A DNA stretch of 64,000 nt from positions 1,451 through 65,450 of the forward strand of contig DASZWM010000007.1 in assembly GCA_035546615.1 (NCBI GenBank). The letters are read 5' to 3'. Shown one piece after another: positions 45,796 to 55,264 of this stretch; the first letter of the stretch is position 1; every line of letters begins with the position of its first letter. The position numbers and the translations under genes are program-made. This DNA comes from Minisyncoccota bacterium. Its GTDB lineage: Bacteria; Patescibacteriota; Minisyncoccia; Phycocordibacterales; SBAW01. The notes under the pieces are model-generated. The model saw only the letters and a program-made list of their open reading frames with translations, had not been told where the DNA came from and did not search any database.

Positions 45796-46713
45796 TCACA
45801 GCGTCTGTTGCCATGCCTCTGCCCATGCTACTTCTGATAGAACCGGGATCTTCAATTCCCCTCGCGCTCCGGTCTGGAATACCTCAACGACCGCATCAGC
45901 GAGCCTGCCGCGGGAGGCGATGCGCGCGCCGGCCTCGCGCGCAATGCCGACATCATACGATACTACCGGAACGCCCGCGGCAAGCGCCTCCACGATGGAG
46001 GCGCCGTAGCTTTCGTGGGGCGAAGTAGACAGCACCACATCCGCCATAGCCAGATAGGGAGCCGGATCCTGCCAGCCGGCGAACTCCACATATCCCCCAA
46101 GCGGCTTGGCCTGCGCGCGCAAGGGCGCTTCCAGGCTGCCGCTTCCGAGGAATATAAGCCCCGCATCCGCGCCGCGCTTTCGTGCCTGCTCCAGCACCCC
46201 AAGCGCCTGCGCGGGGTCCTTCTCGCGCTCGAGCCGCCCTATCCAAAGAATGGTTTTTGCGAATTTCGGGTGCCGTTTCTTCTCCAAGTTCCTGAACTTC
46301 GAAACATCAATAAAGACCGGCAGTACGTGAACGGGGGCAGAAATCCGCATCCGTTCGATTTGTTTTTTTATTTTTTCCGATACCGCGCGTATCGAATCCG
46401 CCTGGCCAAGCACCATCTGCGCCAGCGCGTAACGAATGAATCCCTGCCCCATCAGGTCCGCGTGCACCTGAATGTTGAGCCGGGCCTTCAGCCTGCGCGC
46501 CACAACCCAGGCGACAAGACCCCGCCAGAAGGGATCCTGCGCGGTAATGACGTCATAGCTGCCTTCCGTAAGCAAAGGAGAAAAGATGGCGCCGCGGCCC
46601 CAGTATACGACATCAAGCGCCTCTATCTGTTTCTTCTGCAATTCCATGCGCGCATGCGCCGCCGTGCCCCGCTTAAGCACATTCCTGTCGCCGGTTACCA
46701 TCAATACTTTCAT
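45796..46713 (-). CDS. GT4-family glycosyltransferase (short)
   Basis: MKVLMVTGDRNVL..ILWIGRLEREKDPAQALGVL..HESYGASIVEALAAGVPVVSYDVG. Confidence 0.75.
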   Translation of the reverse strand: MKVLMVTGDRNVLKRGTAAHARMELQKKQIEALDVVYWGRGAIFSPLLTEGSYDVITAQDPFWRGLVAWVVARRLKARLNIQVHADLMGQGFIRYALAQMVLGQADSIRAVSEKIKKQIERMRISAPVHVLPVFIDVSKFRNLEKKRHPKFAKTILWIGRLEREKDPAQALGVLEQARKRGADAGLIFLGSGSLEAPLRAQAKPLGGYVEFAGWQDPAPYLAMADVVLSTSPHESYGASIVEALAAGVPVVSYDVGIAREAGARIASRGRLADAVVEVFQTGARGELKIPVLSEVAWAEAWQQTL

Positions 46714-47723
46714 GCAATGCTGTTTGCCGTGTCCAATACTTCGTCGGCTATCTGCGCCCAGGAGTGCGTATAGGAGAACGCCCGGATGCGCCCGACGTAC
46801 TGCTTATACTTCTCCGCATCAAGCAGTTCTTCCAGTCCCGCTTCCATCGCCTTTTTGTCGAGGGTATCCGCGAACACGCCAAGGCCCTGCAGCTTTTCGA
46901 ACATGCCGCTGTCGCGGGGCGCCATGAACGGTTTTCCGTACTTGAGCGCTTCGATAATGTTGTTGGAGTTTACCTCGCTCACCGACGGCACGACGTATGC
47001 GTATATGCCGGCCAGGCGGGCCAAGTGCTCTTCCCGCGGAAGCGGCCGCGTATCAAGCTCGATATCGGGATGCCGTTTCGCCGCTTCGCTGAAAGCTTCC
47101 TCAAATCCGGCGATATTCTTATACGCGATGCCGCGGCCGGCGGCGAGAAATATTTTCTTGCCGCGGGGTGCGGGCGTTTCATGCCGCTCGCCTGAATACT
47201 CGTTCTCAAGCAGGCGCATCCGGCCTATGTCGATGTTATAGGCTTTCCGCCATATCTCCATCTGCCAGAGCGTATTGAAAAGGAGCATACCGGCGTGCCG
47301 CGCCAAAAAGCCGGTCACCCCGTATATAACGCGCTCCTTAAGCGTAAAGTTGCGCTTTGTGGCGTAAAAGCCCGACAGCGGGACCATCTCTCCGGTGCGC
47401 TCTATATACCCTTCCCACAGAATGTCCCCGCCCACGCGCGCCAGGAACTTTTCCCCGCATAGCTTCGCCGCGCATAGCGCCGGGAAGCCGACGCTCCAGG
47501 TATCGAGCGCAAGCACCGCATCCGAACCTATAACGCGCGGCAGCAGCCTGAAGAAATACCATAGGTGCCGCGCGCCCCACGGCAGCAGCCGCTCGGCCCG
47601 GCCCCATACGACCAGCCGGGGCTTGAGCCCGCGGCGGTTCAGCTCGTCAAAAAGCTCTTTTGCGTACTTCGCCGGGCCGCCGATCTGCGGCGGAAAAAGA
47701 GGCGCCGCTATTGTTAATCTCAT
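46710..47723 (-). CDS. GT1/GT4-like glycosyltransferase
   Basis: MRLTIAAPLFPPQIGGPAKYAKEL..IFLAAGRGIAYKNIAGFEEA..NNIIEALKYGKPFMAPRDSG. Confidence 0.65.
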   Translation of the reverse strand: MRLTIAAPLFPPQIGGPAKYAKELFDELNRRGLKPRLVVWGRAERLLPWGARHLWYFFRLLPRVIGSDAVLALDTWSVGFPALCAAKLCGEKFLARVGGDILWEGYIERTGEMVPLSGFYATKRNFTLKERVIYGVTGFLARHAGMLLFNTLWQMEIWRKAYNIDIGRMRLLENEYSGERHETPAPRGKKIFLAAGRGIAYKNIAGFEEAFSEAAKRHPDIELDTRPLPREEHLARLAGIYAYVVPSVSEVNSNNIIEALKYGKPFMAPRDSGMFEKLQGLGVFADTLDKKAMEAGLEELLDAEKYKQYVGRIRAFSYTHSWAQIADEVLDTANSIA

Positions 47724-47724
47724 A

Positions 47725-48732
47725 TCACTGCCACAGGGAGCGCTTGCGGGTCCCCCGCTCGCGTATCCATTTCGCTACCGGCTCAAGCCCTTCCTCGAGC
47801 CCGACCTTCGGCGACCAGCCAAGCTTCTCGCGTATCTTCGCGATATCGACCTCGCGGCGCAGGGCCGTATCGGCTTGCGTATCGACGACCGCGTATTTAA
47901 AGGGCCGGTCGCCGCCGTATTTCTCCCAGATACGCTTGCCGAGCTCGAGAATGGTGTAATGGGTGTCGTTTCCTATATTAAAGTCCTCGTTCTTCACCAT
48001 ATCTTCTGCCCGGGCGGCGCGCATCACCACCGCAACCGTCGCCTCAACGGCGTCGTCGATATATACGAACGGCCGGGTGGCTTCCGGGTTTCCGAGGAAC
48101 TCAAGCGGATACTGGCCGCCCAGTACTTTCTGAAGGAGTGCCGGGATGACATGGATATCGCCCGGGGTGGAGCCTTTGGAATCCTCGCCGGGGCCGTAAA
48201 TATTGTGATAACGGATGATCGTATACTCCAGGCCGAACTGGGCCGCATACGAGCGGCAGAAGTATTCTCCCCCGAGCTTTGCGAAGCCGTACACGTTGGA
48301 CGGCGGCCGGATGTCGCGGATATCCTTCTCGGTGTACGGAAATTGCGGCGGATATTGGAATACCGCCGAGCTTGAGGAATAGATGACCCACGGGATCTTG
48401 TTCGCGACAAGCGCCGGGTAGACGGCGGCGTCTATGGCCGAGTTGTTGGTGAGTATCTCGGCCTGGTGATCGTGCATGTACGTGAGCGAACCGATATCCG
48501 CCGCCAAGTGGAGCACGAGATCGGCGCCGGCAAGACCCTTCAGCGCCTCGCCCGGGATGCGCAGGTCGTGCCGGCGGAACTCGATGCCCGGCGAGAAGGT
48601 GATGCCGCGCTCCTCGGGGGTTGCGATGTCGACCACGAGAACCTTTTCTCCCGCCTTATTGAGCGCCTCGGCCACGCGGCTGCCGACGTAGCCGGTGCCG
48701 CCGGTGATGAGAATGGTTTTGCCCGTAGCCAT
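47725..48732 (-). CDS. NAD-dependent epimerase/dehydratase (extended SDR)
   Basis: Start MATGKTILITGGTGYVGSRV at 48732. YSSSSAVFQY..YGFAKLGGEY (YxxxK). Confidence 0.85.
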   Translation of the reverse strand: MATGKTILITGGTGYVGSRVAEALNKAGEKVLVVDIATPEERGITFSPGIEFRRHDLRIPGEALKGLAGADLVLHLAADIGSLTYMHDHQAEILTNNSAIDAAVYPALVANKIPWVIYSSSSAVFQYPPQFPYTEKDIRDIRPPSNVYGFAKLGGEYFCRSYAAQFGLEYTIIRYHNIYGPGEDSKGSTPGDIHVIPALLQKVLGGQYPLEFLGNPEATRPFVYIDDAVEATVAVVMRAARAEDMVKNEDFNIGNDTHYTILELGKRIWEKYGGDRPFKYAVVDTQADTALRREVDIAKIREKLGWSPKVGLEEGLEPVAKWIRERGTRKRSLWQ

Positions 48733-48754
48733 ATAGCCTATAACTATGCATAAT

Positions 48755-48800
48755 GGCATAAAATTGCAAAAAGAAAAGGGCGGCCCGTGGGGCCGCCCTT
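48755..48800 (-). terminator. Intrinsic terminator
   Basis: aagggcggccc-gtg-gggccgccctt followed on the minus strand by UUUCUUUUUGCAAUUUUAUG. Confidence 0.6.
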
Positions 48801-48810
48801 TCTGCGTCTT

Positions 48811-49293
48811 CTAGTCGTCTGTGTAGTACGAGCTACCGTTCCCGGAAAAGGAATTCCTTGGATGCTCGGATTGGAGGCGGAGATGGATCTTTACATGGAA
48901 CTCCTGCGCGAGCAATTCCGCCAACTTCTTGAAAGACTCAAGACGTTCGCGCCCGTAGAGCTCCATCACCCACTCCTTGGGATTCGCGCCGTGTTCCTTG
49001 CTTGCGAACCACAGCATTGCAATAAGGGAGCGGGGCTTCTCGCCAAAAGCGTGCCGCAGGTACCATTTATTCCACCTGCGGCTCTTCTCGTTTTCCGCCA
49101 CAAACCCGTACTGGTTTGTTTCGCGGGGACCGGAGTGACCCCAGCTTTCGTTAAGGGTTAACAATACCTCTGGGTGCGTGCCAGCGAGATACTTCTCGAT
49201 GGATTCGCCGATGCTTTTGCTCTTTACTTGGAACGATTCCGCGAACGAGACAGATTCCTTTTCGCTCTGCAATGAAGACATGAGATTCTCCAA
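48811..49293 (-). CDS. Hypothetical protein (160 aa)
   Basis: Protein-like composition with its own terminator. No family recognised. Confidence 0.5.
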   Translation of the reverse strand: MENLMSSLQSEKESVSFAESFQVKSKSIGESIEKYLAGTHPEVLLTLNESWGHSGPRETNQYGFVAENEKSRRWNKWYLRHAFGEKPRSLIAMLWFASKEHGANPKEWVMELYGRERLESFKKLAELLAQEFHVKIHLRLQSEHPRNSFSGNGSSYYTDD

Positions 49294-49424
49294 TGTGCTG
49301 CGTCATGGATCTCCCATGACGGTTGGCGGATCTCCGCTCAACAAATTATATTATATACTATACAAGTAAACTTGTCAATAGAAGCCGACCGAGGCGTGGT
49401 TGAAGTGAGTGGTTCTCTAAAAGC

Positions 49425-50441
49425 TTAAAAGGCCAGGAGAAGAATAGCATCGATAACGACTATGGCCGCCGCAAGCACCAAAAACGGCCGCCAGTAGCGC
49501 GCAAGAAACTCGCGCGGGTCGGAGATATTCTTATACAAAGAGAACCACAGCTCGCGCCATGCGACGAAGCCCGACATGTGCGGCGTCTGCCATGCGGAGA
49601 ACCACTCCGGCAGCGCCGGATGCCGCACCGAAAGCGCCTCATGCGCCGCGTTGGACGCGTACACGCCGCGAAGAAGGTCGACGTTCTTCCCCTGCTCGCC
49701 GAACCACTTCACGAACGCCCGCGTATCCTTGGGAAGGCAGTGTCCACCGAACGCGCGCCCGTAGCGGGTGTACCCTTCCCCGCCGAGCACGAAGTTAAGA
49801 ACGCGGCTGATGGAATCGACATCCTGGGGAGTCGAGGGTTCCGCTATCGCGTCGCCGAACTCGTTGACGAAGGCGATGCGCGTCGCGTTCCAGAGATTTG
49901 AAAGATATTTCACGAAAGCGGCCTCCCGCGGAGTGCCGCCGAACTGGAGCGGCGTCGCGCGCTGCCACGCGTCGAAGAACGCCGGCCGCGAGGTTTTCGT
50001 GTCGCGGATACCGAGCACGAAGAAGTGCGGCGAGAGGCATTCCTCGACTGCCGTTTTCTCGTGCAGGAATTCCGGCATGTAGAAATCAAAGTTGAGGCTT
50101 TCGAGCAGGTCGGGGATGACCGTGGAGCGCAGCACCACAGCGCCCTTCGCATCTTTCAGCGATTCAAGCGCCGCGCGTATGGCGCTTATGTCCTGCGTGC
50201 CGTCCTCCGCCACCTTGTCGCCGACGCATACGATGTACGCCGTGTCCGCCGCATCGCGCTCAAGAACACCCGAAAGCCGCGTAATGCGCCCGTACGCATC
50301 CGCGTACGTATCTGTATAGTGCAGCGACGGATTGCCCGGGTCAAAATAGGAAACATGGAATCCCATGCGCGAAAGCGCCAGGGCGTTCGCCTGCCCTACC
50401 CATCCGAAGCCCACTATCACAACCGTGCCGCCCGTTTGCAT
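49425..50441 (-). CDS. Truncated nucleotide-sugar-dehydrogenase-like protein with C-terminal TM anchor
   Basis: N-terminal Rossmann VVIVGFGWVGQANALA and catalytic GGHCLPKDT. It lacks the usual C-terminal UDP-binding domain and ends in a hydrophobic helix, FLVLAAAIVVIDAILLLAF. Confidence 0.65.
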   Translation of the reverse strand: MQTGGTVVIVGFGWVGQANALALSRMGFHVSYFDPGNPSLHYTDTYADAYGRITRLSGVLERDAADTAYIVCVGDKVAEDGTQDISAIRAALESLKDAKGAVVLRSTVIPDLLESLNFDFYMPEFLHEKTAVEECLSPHFFVLGIRDTKTSRPAFFDAWQRATPLQFGGTPREAAFVKYLSNLWNATRIAFVNEFGDAIAEPSTPQDVDSISRVLNFVLGGEGYTRYGRAFGGHCLPKDTRAFVKWFGEQGKNVDLLRGVYASNAAHEALSVRHPALPEWFSAWQTPHMSGFVAWRELWFSLYKNISDPREFLARYWRPFLVLAAAIVVIDAILLLAF

Positions 50442-50475
50442 AGGAGTTACCGTACCATTTCGGGAAAATAAGTAA

Positions 50476-51588
50476 ATGCTATATGCTTGCAGTATGGATA
50501 ACCGCGCTCCGTTGATATACGTTTCCCCCTATTACGACCCCAAGGTGCCTTCGGGAGCTAACCGCCGGTTCGACGAGATATGCCGGCGATACAGCCGCGA
50601 CTACGGCGACCGCTTTACGCTCATTGTCGCCAAAGGAAAGGTCCCCCTATGGTGGAACGGCAAGAACCTGGTCGAAGTCGACTACAAGTTCGACCACCCC
50701 AGCAAATTCACCGCGGCGCGGCAGATAGCGAAAGTGCTCGACGCCTTGCCCCCGTCCATCGTCGTTATCGAGTCGGTCCCGGTCCCCTACCGCGCGCTCA
50801 GGCGCCACATGCAGGTCCAGGTAGTGTACGATTTCCGCTACTTCACCGGCGACAGCAAAAGCTTCCTCTACCGCCTCATATTTACGCCGTACCTTAAGTG
50901 GCAATGGGGCCGCTCGCAATTCCTCCTTACCTGCAGCGACTTTTCGGTGGCTGAAGCGCGCAAGTACCTGCGCTACGACCCGGCCCGCGTCATAAAGAGC
51001 TACTTCGGCATCGACGAGAAAGTGCTCGACCTGGCGAACACGCCCGCGCCCGCCAAGGACGTCGACATCATATACGTCGCCCATTTCGAGAAGCGCAAGA
51101 ATCACGAGCCGCTCATCCGCGCTATCGCGCGGCTTAATAAGGATTTGCGCGTGGTATTTAACGGCCGCGACAACGGCATGCAGGCGGAGCTCGAAGCCTT
51201 GTGCCGCGAGCTCGGGCTTACGAACGTTACCTTCAGCGGGGGCAAGTCTGACGCGGAGCTGTGGAACATGTATCGCAGGAGCCGCGTCTTCGCCTACCCT
51301 TCTTTGTACGAAGGCTTCGGCATCCCGCTTATCGAGGGTCTGGCGCTCGGCGTGCCGGTAGCCGTCGCGGACACGGAAGTGTTCCATGAGGTCGGTAGCG
51401 ATCTGGTATCGTATTTCGACGGCCGCGACCCAGAGGATATTGCCCGCGTACTTAAAGGAATTCTGGATAACCCGCAGGTGCCGTCTCCCGAGAAGGTCCG
51501 CGCGCACTTGGAAAAATTCTTCTGGGAGAATATCTACAAAAAGATGGTGGAGGATACGGAGGCCGAGGCCGGGCCGCTTTTGCGCTAA
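50476..51588 (+). CDS. GT4-family glycosyltransferase
   Basis: FEKRKNHEPLIRAIARL..VFAYPSLYEGFGIPLIEGLALGVPVAVADTEVFHEV. Confidence 0.8.
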   Translation: MLYACSMDNRAPLIYVSPYYDPKVPSGANRRFDEICRRYSRDYGDRFTLIVAKGKVPLWWNGKNLVEVDYKFDHPSKFTAARQIAKVLDALPPSIVVIESVPVPYRALRRHMQVQVVYDFRYFTGDSKSFLYRLIFTPYLKWQWGRSQFLLTCSDFSVAEARKYLRYDPARVIKSYFGIDEKVLDLANTPAPAKDVDIIYVAHFEKRKNHEPLIRAIARLNKDLRVVFNGRDNGMQAELEALCRELGLTNVTFSGGKSDAELWNMYRRSRVFAYPSLYEGFGIPLIEGLALGVPVAVADTEVFHEVGSDLVSYFDGRDPEDIARVLKGILDNPQVPSPEKVRAHLEKFFWENIYKKMVEDTEAEAGPLLR

Positions 51589-52298
51589 GGCACTATCTCG
51601 AATTCGTCGCCGGGCTGCGGCTTTTGCGGCGTGAGCGCGCGCTTTTGCATGCGGGCCCACAGCGCTCCGGCGGTACCCAGCGCCATGACAGCCGCCGCGC
51701 CCGCGCCCCACACCAGCAGGGGCGGAAGCTGCGCCGATCCGGCCGCGGCCGCAAGCTCTTCCGGTTCGGTATAGGAAAGCTCGCCCGGATTCGCTGCAGA
51801 ACCGGCCGCTGGCGTCTTCGCTTTTGCGGTGGAAGTTTTTGAAGCGGCCGGCTTTTTTGCGGCAGGCGCGGGCTTCGGCTTGGGTGCTGCGGTATACGAC
51901 ATGGAGTACTCAGTTTTCCCGGAGGCATTCACAAGGGCGAGCGTCTCCCCTTCGTTTGAAAGCGAGAACGAGCTCTTGAATACGCTGCGGGTCTCCCCGG
52001 GATGCTCGCTCAAGTAGGTCGTCGGATCTTCCGCGATTACCGCCGACGCCCCGGGCGAGAGCGTGGCGCTTCCGGCAGCCGCGGTCAGCTTGTGATTGAC
52101 GCCTCCTTCGAGGAACTTGTATTTTGAAATATCGACGCTGTCCTTCCCTTTGTTGGCTATCTCGACCCACTCGCGCCCGTCGTCGCTGCCCGGCAGGTCG
52201 TACTCGACATGCGTGATTTCAACGGCCGCAAAGGCGCTCGCAGGGAGCGCTAGAAATGCGAATAGAAGAAAAAGGCGGAGGCTAGTGTTTGCGCGCAT
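51585..52298 (-). CDS. Lamin-tail-domain (LTD) protein: signal peptide, LTD, Ala/Pro/Lys-rich linker, C-terminal TM helix
   Basis: AAVEITHVEYDLPGSDDGREWVEIANKGKDSVDISKYKF..GETLALVNASGK. C-terminal LLVWGAGAAAVMALGTAGALWA. Confidence 0.8.
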   Translation of the reverse strand: MRANTSLRLFLLFAFLALPASAFAAVEITHVEYDLPGSDDGREWVEIANKGKDSVDISKYKFLEGGVNHKLTAAAGSATLSPGASAVIAEDPTTYLSEHPGETRSVFKSSFSLSNEGETLALVNASGKTEYSMSYTAAPKPKPAPAAKKPAASKTSTAKAKTPAAGSAANPGELSYTEPEELAAAAGSAQLPPLLVWGAGAAAVMALGTAGALWARMQKRALTPQKPQPGDEFEIVP

Positions 52299-54237
52299 CG
52301 GGGTCGTCTGACCCGTAGTCGGCGTCCGGCGCGAGGTCGGGGTCGACGGAAAGCATAGACCGCAACACGTCTTCTGGCAACCCGGCCGGCTCCTGCGCGG
52401 GCGTCGCCTGCGGTTTTGGCTTCGGAAGCTCTTCTGCGGCGGCGGGAGCCACCTTCTTGAGAGCGTCTTTAAGAGCCGTACCGTATCCCTGGTCCTGGCG
52501 CGGCGGGGGTGCCGGAGGAGCGTCCGCCTTTCGCGCTACCACCTCGGCAAGCGCTTCCCGCAGGCTCTTGGCGCCGCTTAAAGGCGGGGTTTCAGGGACG
52601 GGCGGCGGAGTGGGGCGCGGGCGTTCAGCTCGCCTTTCGGGCTCGCGGCGAGGCTCGGGCGCCTTTGGCCGGGGCGGGCGGGGCGCTTCTTCGACGCGGG
52701 CCGCGGGTTCCGGAGCGGGAGCGGGCCTTTCAGCCGGCGGCGCAGGGCGTTCGGGAGCGCGCTCAGGAGCCGCTATCTCCACAAAAACGGGCGTTGGGGC
52801 CGGAGGCTGAGGTTTTGGCTCTGCCCTGGGCGCCGCCGGAGCAGGGCGCGGACGGGGCGCTGAAGATGCGGCAGGCTTGCGGTCCGGAACGAACTTCGGC
52901 TTCTGAAGCGGCTCCATTGGGTCCTCCTCGTGCCACTTGCGAATCGTTTCCTCGACTTCCGCGCGCGGCCGGCTGAACACCCGGCGGGAATTCTCGATGA
53001 CCTGGTCGACGTACTTCTGGGGCGGCGGGTCAAACGGCGGCAGGGTCGTGGCGGAGAAGGGCGTCGAGCCTACGCCGTCTATCATGAGCGTCAGGTATAT
53101 CTGCGCGAAGCCAAGGTTTACGAGGTCGGTCGCCTCGAACTGCGGGCTGAACACGGTCTCGAGCACCTCGGCGTCGAACGGCCCCACGCGGAAGGTCACG
53201 GTCGTGCCTACGTTGCCGAACACGGCGTCCCGCACCTCCTCCTCCATCTGTTCTATATATTGGTGCGCGATGATGAGGTTCAGCTTATATTTGCGGGCCT
53301 CCGAGAGGATATCGGCGAAGGATTGGTTGGAAAAGCTCTGGAATTCGTCCACGTAAAAGTAGAACTGCGGCAGGGTCGCCAGCACGTCGGCAGAAACATC
53401 GGCGCGCGACATCGCCGCCAGGTATATCTTCGTGACCAGCATGGAGCCGAGCAGCGTCGCGTTTACTTCCCCCACGCGGCCCTTGGAGAGGTTGATAATG
53501 AGTATCTTCTTGTCGTCCATCGCCTGCCGGAAGTCGAACGACGACTTCGCCTGCCCGACGATATTGCGAATGAGCGGGTTGCTGGTGAATTGCCCTATCT
53601 TGTTCTGAATAGCCGGTGTGGCCTCCTGCGTGTAGCGGTCGCTGTAGGCGGCGAACTCGTCCGCCCAGAAACTCTTCACGATTGGGTCGGTCACGTTGTC
53701 CACTACCTTCGCGCGGAACTTCTTGTTGACGAGCATCCGGTTGACGTCCAGGAGCGTCGAGCCCTCGTACTCCAGGAGGGCCAACAGGGTATTGGCGAGG
53801 ATGTACTCCATGCGGGCGCTCCACGCGTCCACCCATATCTTGCGGAAGGCTGAGAGCAGCCCGGACACCACGAGATGCCGCTTGTCGTAGCCCACGTCCT
53901 CCATAACGTTGAAGGCGATGGGGTGCTCCATGTCGAACGGCGCGAAGTACACCACGTCCTTGATGCGGTGCTCGGGCACGTACTCCATGATGCGGTCGGC
54001 CGTGCCGCCGTGCGGGTCGATAAAGGCCATCCCCTCGCCGTTGCGGATATCCTGTATCGCCATGTTCTCCAGCAGGGTCGATTTGCCCATACCGGTCTTG
54101 CCGATGATGTACATGTGGCGCACGCGGTCGCGGCGCTTTATCCCGAAAGCCTGGTCCTTGCCGCGGGAGTTCGTCTGGGCGAAATAGGTTATCTTCTGAT
54201 CGTCGTCAGCCATTGGATAAAGTATATCACTTGGCAA
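52282..54237 (-). CDS. TraD/VirD4/TrwB-like P-loop NTPase (type IV secretion coupling protein-like, soluble form) with Pro/Ala/Glu-rich C-terminal tail
   Basis: Walker A YIIGKTGMGKST, Walker B QFYFYVDEFQSF, LIIAHQ sensor motif. No N-terminal TM. The last ~180 aa are low-complexity PAPAPEP/APPAPP. Confidence 0.65.
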   Translation of the reverse strand: MPSDILYPMADDDQKITYFAQTNSRGKDQAFGIKRRDRVRHMYIIGKTGMGKSTLLENMAIQDIRNGEGMAFIDPHGGTADRIMEYVPEHRIKDVVYFAPFDMEHPIAFNVMEDVGYDKRHLVVSGLLSAFRKIWVDAWSARMEYILANTLLALLEYEGSTLLDVNRMLVNKKFRAKVVDNVTDPIVKSFWADEFAAYSDRYTQEATPAIQNKIGQFTSNPLIRNIVGQAKSSFDFRQAMDDKKILIINLSKGRVGEVNATLLGSMLVTKIYLAAMSRADVSADVLATLPQFYFYVDEFQSFSNQSFADILSEARKYKLNLIIAHQYIEQMEEEVRDAVFGNVGTTVTFRVGPFDAEVLETVFSPQFEATDLVNLGFAQIYLTLMIDGVGSTPFSATTLPPFDPPPQKYVDQVIENSRRVFSRPRAEVEETIRKWHEEDPMEPLQKPKFVPDRKPAASSAPRPRPAPAAPRAEPKPQPPAPTPVFVEIAAPERAPERPAPPAERPAPAPEPAARVEEAPRPPRPKAPEPRREPERRAERPRPTPPPVPETPPLSGAKSLREALAEVVARKADAPPAPPPRQDQGYGTALKDALKKVAPAAAEELPKPKPQATPAQEPAGLPEDVLRSMLSVDPDLAPDADYGSDDPDARKH

Positions 54238-55264
54238 GTTCGAAAGAGCCCGTCGTGAGTATCGACTCCGATATATCCGCCGGCAGGTCGGGCGCTATAA
54301 GGTCCGCTAGCACCGCTTTTGTAGTCGTTGCATTCGCAATCGAAGCTTCTTTGAATGTATTCACGCCTGTAAGGCTGAAACGGATTTTATCGCTTGAGAA
54401 CTCTATGCCGACGGCCAGCCCTCGCCGCACTTCGGGCTTCCACCCCTGATCGAAGATAAAGTTGCCGAGCGAGTAAAATATTGCCTTGTTTTTGTAGATC
54501 TCCACAGGCTCCACGATATGCGGATGCGCGCCGATAACGACATCGACTCCCGCATCTATGAACATATGCGCCGCATTGCGCTGCGCCTGCGTGGGCTCAT
54601 GCTGGTATTCTTCGCCCCAGTGCGCTACAAGCACTATGTGCGAACATTCCGGACGAATTCGCGCTATTTCCTCAAGCATCGAGGAGGGGTTCGGATCGTA
54701 CAACTGATGAAAGCCGACCAGGCATAGTGTCTTGCCGTTTACCTGAAGTGCGGCCGAAATATTCTCGTTGTTAAGCGGCGACCCAAAGAAAGAAATTCCC
54801 TGCCCGCTCAGATATTGAGTAGTCTGCGCATAGCCGGACTTTCCGAAGTCAAGCGCGTGGTTATTCGCCAGGGAAACCGCATCGAATCCGGCGTCCTTCA
54901 GCACAGCCGCGTACTTCGGGTCGAACGTGAAGCGCAAAACAGTCGAGCTTGCCTGCGATAGGGAAGGGTTTGTCGTAATAGAACCTTCTAAATTCCCCAC
55001 TCGCAGATCGTAGCCCTGAAACAATTCTCGAACGCCTGCAAAGAGCGCCTCGTCCCCCGCGGCTCGCGCATGCGTCGCCACCGTTCGGTCGAGCATGATG
55101 TCCCCCACGAAAAGAGCAGTGAAAGAAGGCTCGGGCAGCGATATATACGCAGTGCGGACTATCTGTACAAGCGCGTCATGCAGCCGCTCGGGCCATAACA
55201 CAGCGGCGGCGCCTAATATGACGAGTACCGTCAAAAAGCATCGGAGAAGCCATGCATTCTTCAT
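54227..55264 (-). CDS. CapA-family (PGA_cap) metallophosphoesterase-like protein with N-terminal signal anchor
   Basis: FVGDIMLDR..NLEGSIT..SLANNHALDFG..GAHPHIVEP..SLGNFIFDQ. Confidence 0.85.
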   Translation of the reverse strand: MKNAWLLRCFLTVLVILGAAAVLWPERLHDALVQIVRTAYISLPEPSFTALFVGDIMLDRTVATHARAAGDEALFAGVRELFQGYDLRVGNLEGSITTNPSLSQASSTVLRFTFDPKYAAVLKDAGFDAVSLANNHALDFGKSGYAQTTQYLSGQGISFFGSPLNNENISAALQVNGKTLCLVGFHQLYDPNPSSMLEEIARIRPECSHIVLVAHWGEEYQHEPTQAQRNAAHMFIDAGVDVVIGAHPHIVEPVEIYKNKAIFYSLGNFIFDQGWKPEVRRGLAVGIEFSSDKIRFSLTGVNTFKEASIANATTTKAVLADLIAPDLPADISESILTTGSFELAK

